Below, piece after piece: positions 62,923-64,000 of a stretch of 64,000 bases of DNA (position 1 is the stretch's first letter; each line of letters begins with the position of its first letter). Below the pieces are notes generated by a model. That model ran no database searches. It saw only the letters and a program-made list of their open reading frames with translations, and was not told the DNA's origin. Origin of the DNA: Arcobacteraceae bacterium (GTDB lineage: Bacteria > Campylobacterota > Campylobacteria > Campylobacterales > Arcobacteraceae); assembly GCA_048268245.1 (NCBI GenBank), contig JBLWVX010000002.1, forward strand, positions 96,001-160,000, given 5' to 3'. Made by a program: the position numbers and the translations under genes.

Positions 62923-63915
62923 CTAGTTAGTTGCTACGTGAACACCCATATCTACAAGTCTAGTAGAGTATCCCCATTCATTGTCATACCAAGATAATAC
63001 TTTTACCATGTTTCCTTCAATCACTTGAATTGTATCTAAAGGAACTACTGTTGATAATTGTTCTCCATTGAAATCAGAACTTACTCTATACTCTTCATCT
63101 ACACCTAAGATTCCTTTTAAAGAACCATTTGCAGCATCTTTAAATGCAGCTTGAACTTCTTCTAAAGTTACTTCTTTTTTAAGTGTTACTGTTAAATCAA
63201 CTAATGAAACATTTGGAGTTGGTACTCTAATTGCTTGACCATTTAATTTTCCATTTAAGTGAGGCATTACTTTTCCAATTGCTTTTGCAGCACCTGTACT
63301 TGCTGGTGTTAAGTTAGTAGCCCCTGCTCTTCCTTTTCTTGGATCTTTTTTATCTTTTGCATCTAAGATAGGTTGAGATGAAGTATAAGAGTGAATAGTT
63401 GTCATTAAACCTTTTTCAATTCCATAAACATCATCTAATACTTTTGCAACTGGTGCTAAACCATTTGTAGTACAAGAAGCATTTGAAACAATAGCTTGCC
63501 CTGCATAAGTGTCCTCATTTGCTCCCATAACAAATGTAGGTGTATCATCTTTTGCTGGTGCAGACATTACAACTTTTTTAACTCCTGCATCAATATATGC
63601 TTGACACTTCTCTTGTGTTAAGAATGCTCCCGTACACTCTAAAACAACATCAGCACCATATTCTGCAAAGTTTAACTTAGCAGGATCTCTCTCAGCTAAT
63701 AATTTTGCTTTATCATTTCCAATACATACATAACCATCTTTAACTACAACATCAGCATTCCCATGTACAGTGTCATATTTTAAGTTGTATTGAATCATTT
63801 CTTCACTACCACTTGCATTAACAGCTACTAATTCAACATCATCTCTACTTGCTACGATCTTAGCAACACATCTTCCAATTCTACCTAATCCGTTAATTGC
63901 AACTTTAACAGCCAT
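62923..63915 (-). CDS. gap: Type I glyceraldehyde-3-phosphate dehydrogenase
   Basis: [17 protein letters not shown] and WYDNEWGY motifs. Confidence 0.99.
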   Translation of the reverse strand: MAVKVAINGLGRIGRCVAKIVASRDDVELVAVNASGSEEMIQYNLKYDTVHGNADVVVKDGYVCIGNDKAKLLAERDPAKLNFAEYGADVVLECTGAFLTQEKCQAYIDAGVKKVVMSAPAKDDTPTFVMGANEDTYAGQAIVSNASCTTNGLAPVAKVLDDVYGIEKGLMTTIHSYTSSQPILDAKDKKDPRKGRAGATNLTPASTGAAKAIGKVMPHLNGKLNGQAIRVPTPNVSLVDLTVTLKKEVTLEEVQAAFKDAANGSLKGILGVDEEYRVSSDFNGEQLSTVVPLDTIQVIEGNMVKVLSWYDNEWGYSTRLVDMGVHVATN

Positions 63916-63962
63916 ATTTTCCCTTTATTTAAATCTTAATGGTAGATATTTTATCCAAAAAT

Positions 63963-63971
63963 TGCTATAAT
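63963..63971 (+). promoter_or_regulatory. Extended -10 promoter for a divergent gene beyond the window
   Basis: TGCTATAAT, with an AAGG RBS-like sequence at the window end. Confidence 0.65.
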
Positions 63972-64000
63972 ATTATTTAAGTAAATTACAAAGGTTTTAA

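Overview
AT-rich chromosomal segment of a Campylobacterota bacterium. Gene content and protein style best fit Arcobacteraceae (inference, no database search run). It is mostly conserved housekeeping DNA: ribD, rimP-rbfA-infB, thrB, lpxC, nadAC, plsY-folB, a major porin, prfB, the cbb3 oxidase operon ccoNOQP with accessory genes and addB, smpB-ispE-truB-uvrD, purF-dapB-trxB, alaS, maf, dxs-hisC-pheA-lysA and fabI-tpiA-pgk-gap. Two accessory blocks interrupt it: ~34-40.3 kb (amino-acid symporter, two-component system, DASS transporter, duplicated thioredoxin) and ~43.5-54.7 kb (transporters, NlpC/P60 gene plus a decayed paralog, second prephenate dehydratase, orphan pilin-like gene, L,D-transpeptidase). 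I saw no rRNA, tRNA, CRISPR array, transposase or prophage. The most interesting signals are non-coding or very small: (i) a structured ~200-nt sRNA-like locus at 47431-47668 with repeated anti-Shine-Dalgarno/anti-AUG motifs, flanking -10 boxes and a palindromic operator; (ii) an ERIC-like palindromic element at 59998-60119; (iii) a tandem-repeat/hairpin insert between plsY and folB; (iv) an unannotated 30-aa gene in the cco operon; (v) a near-consensus Fur box upstream of ccoN.
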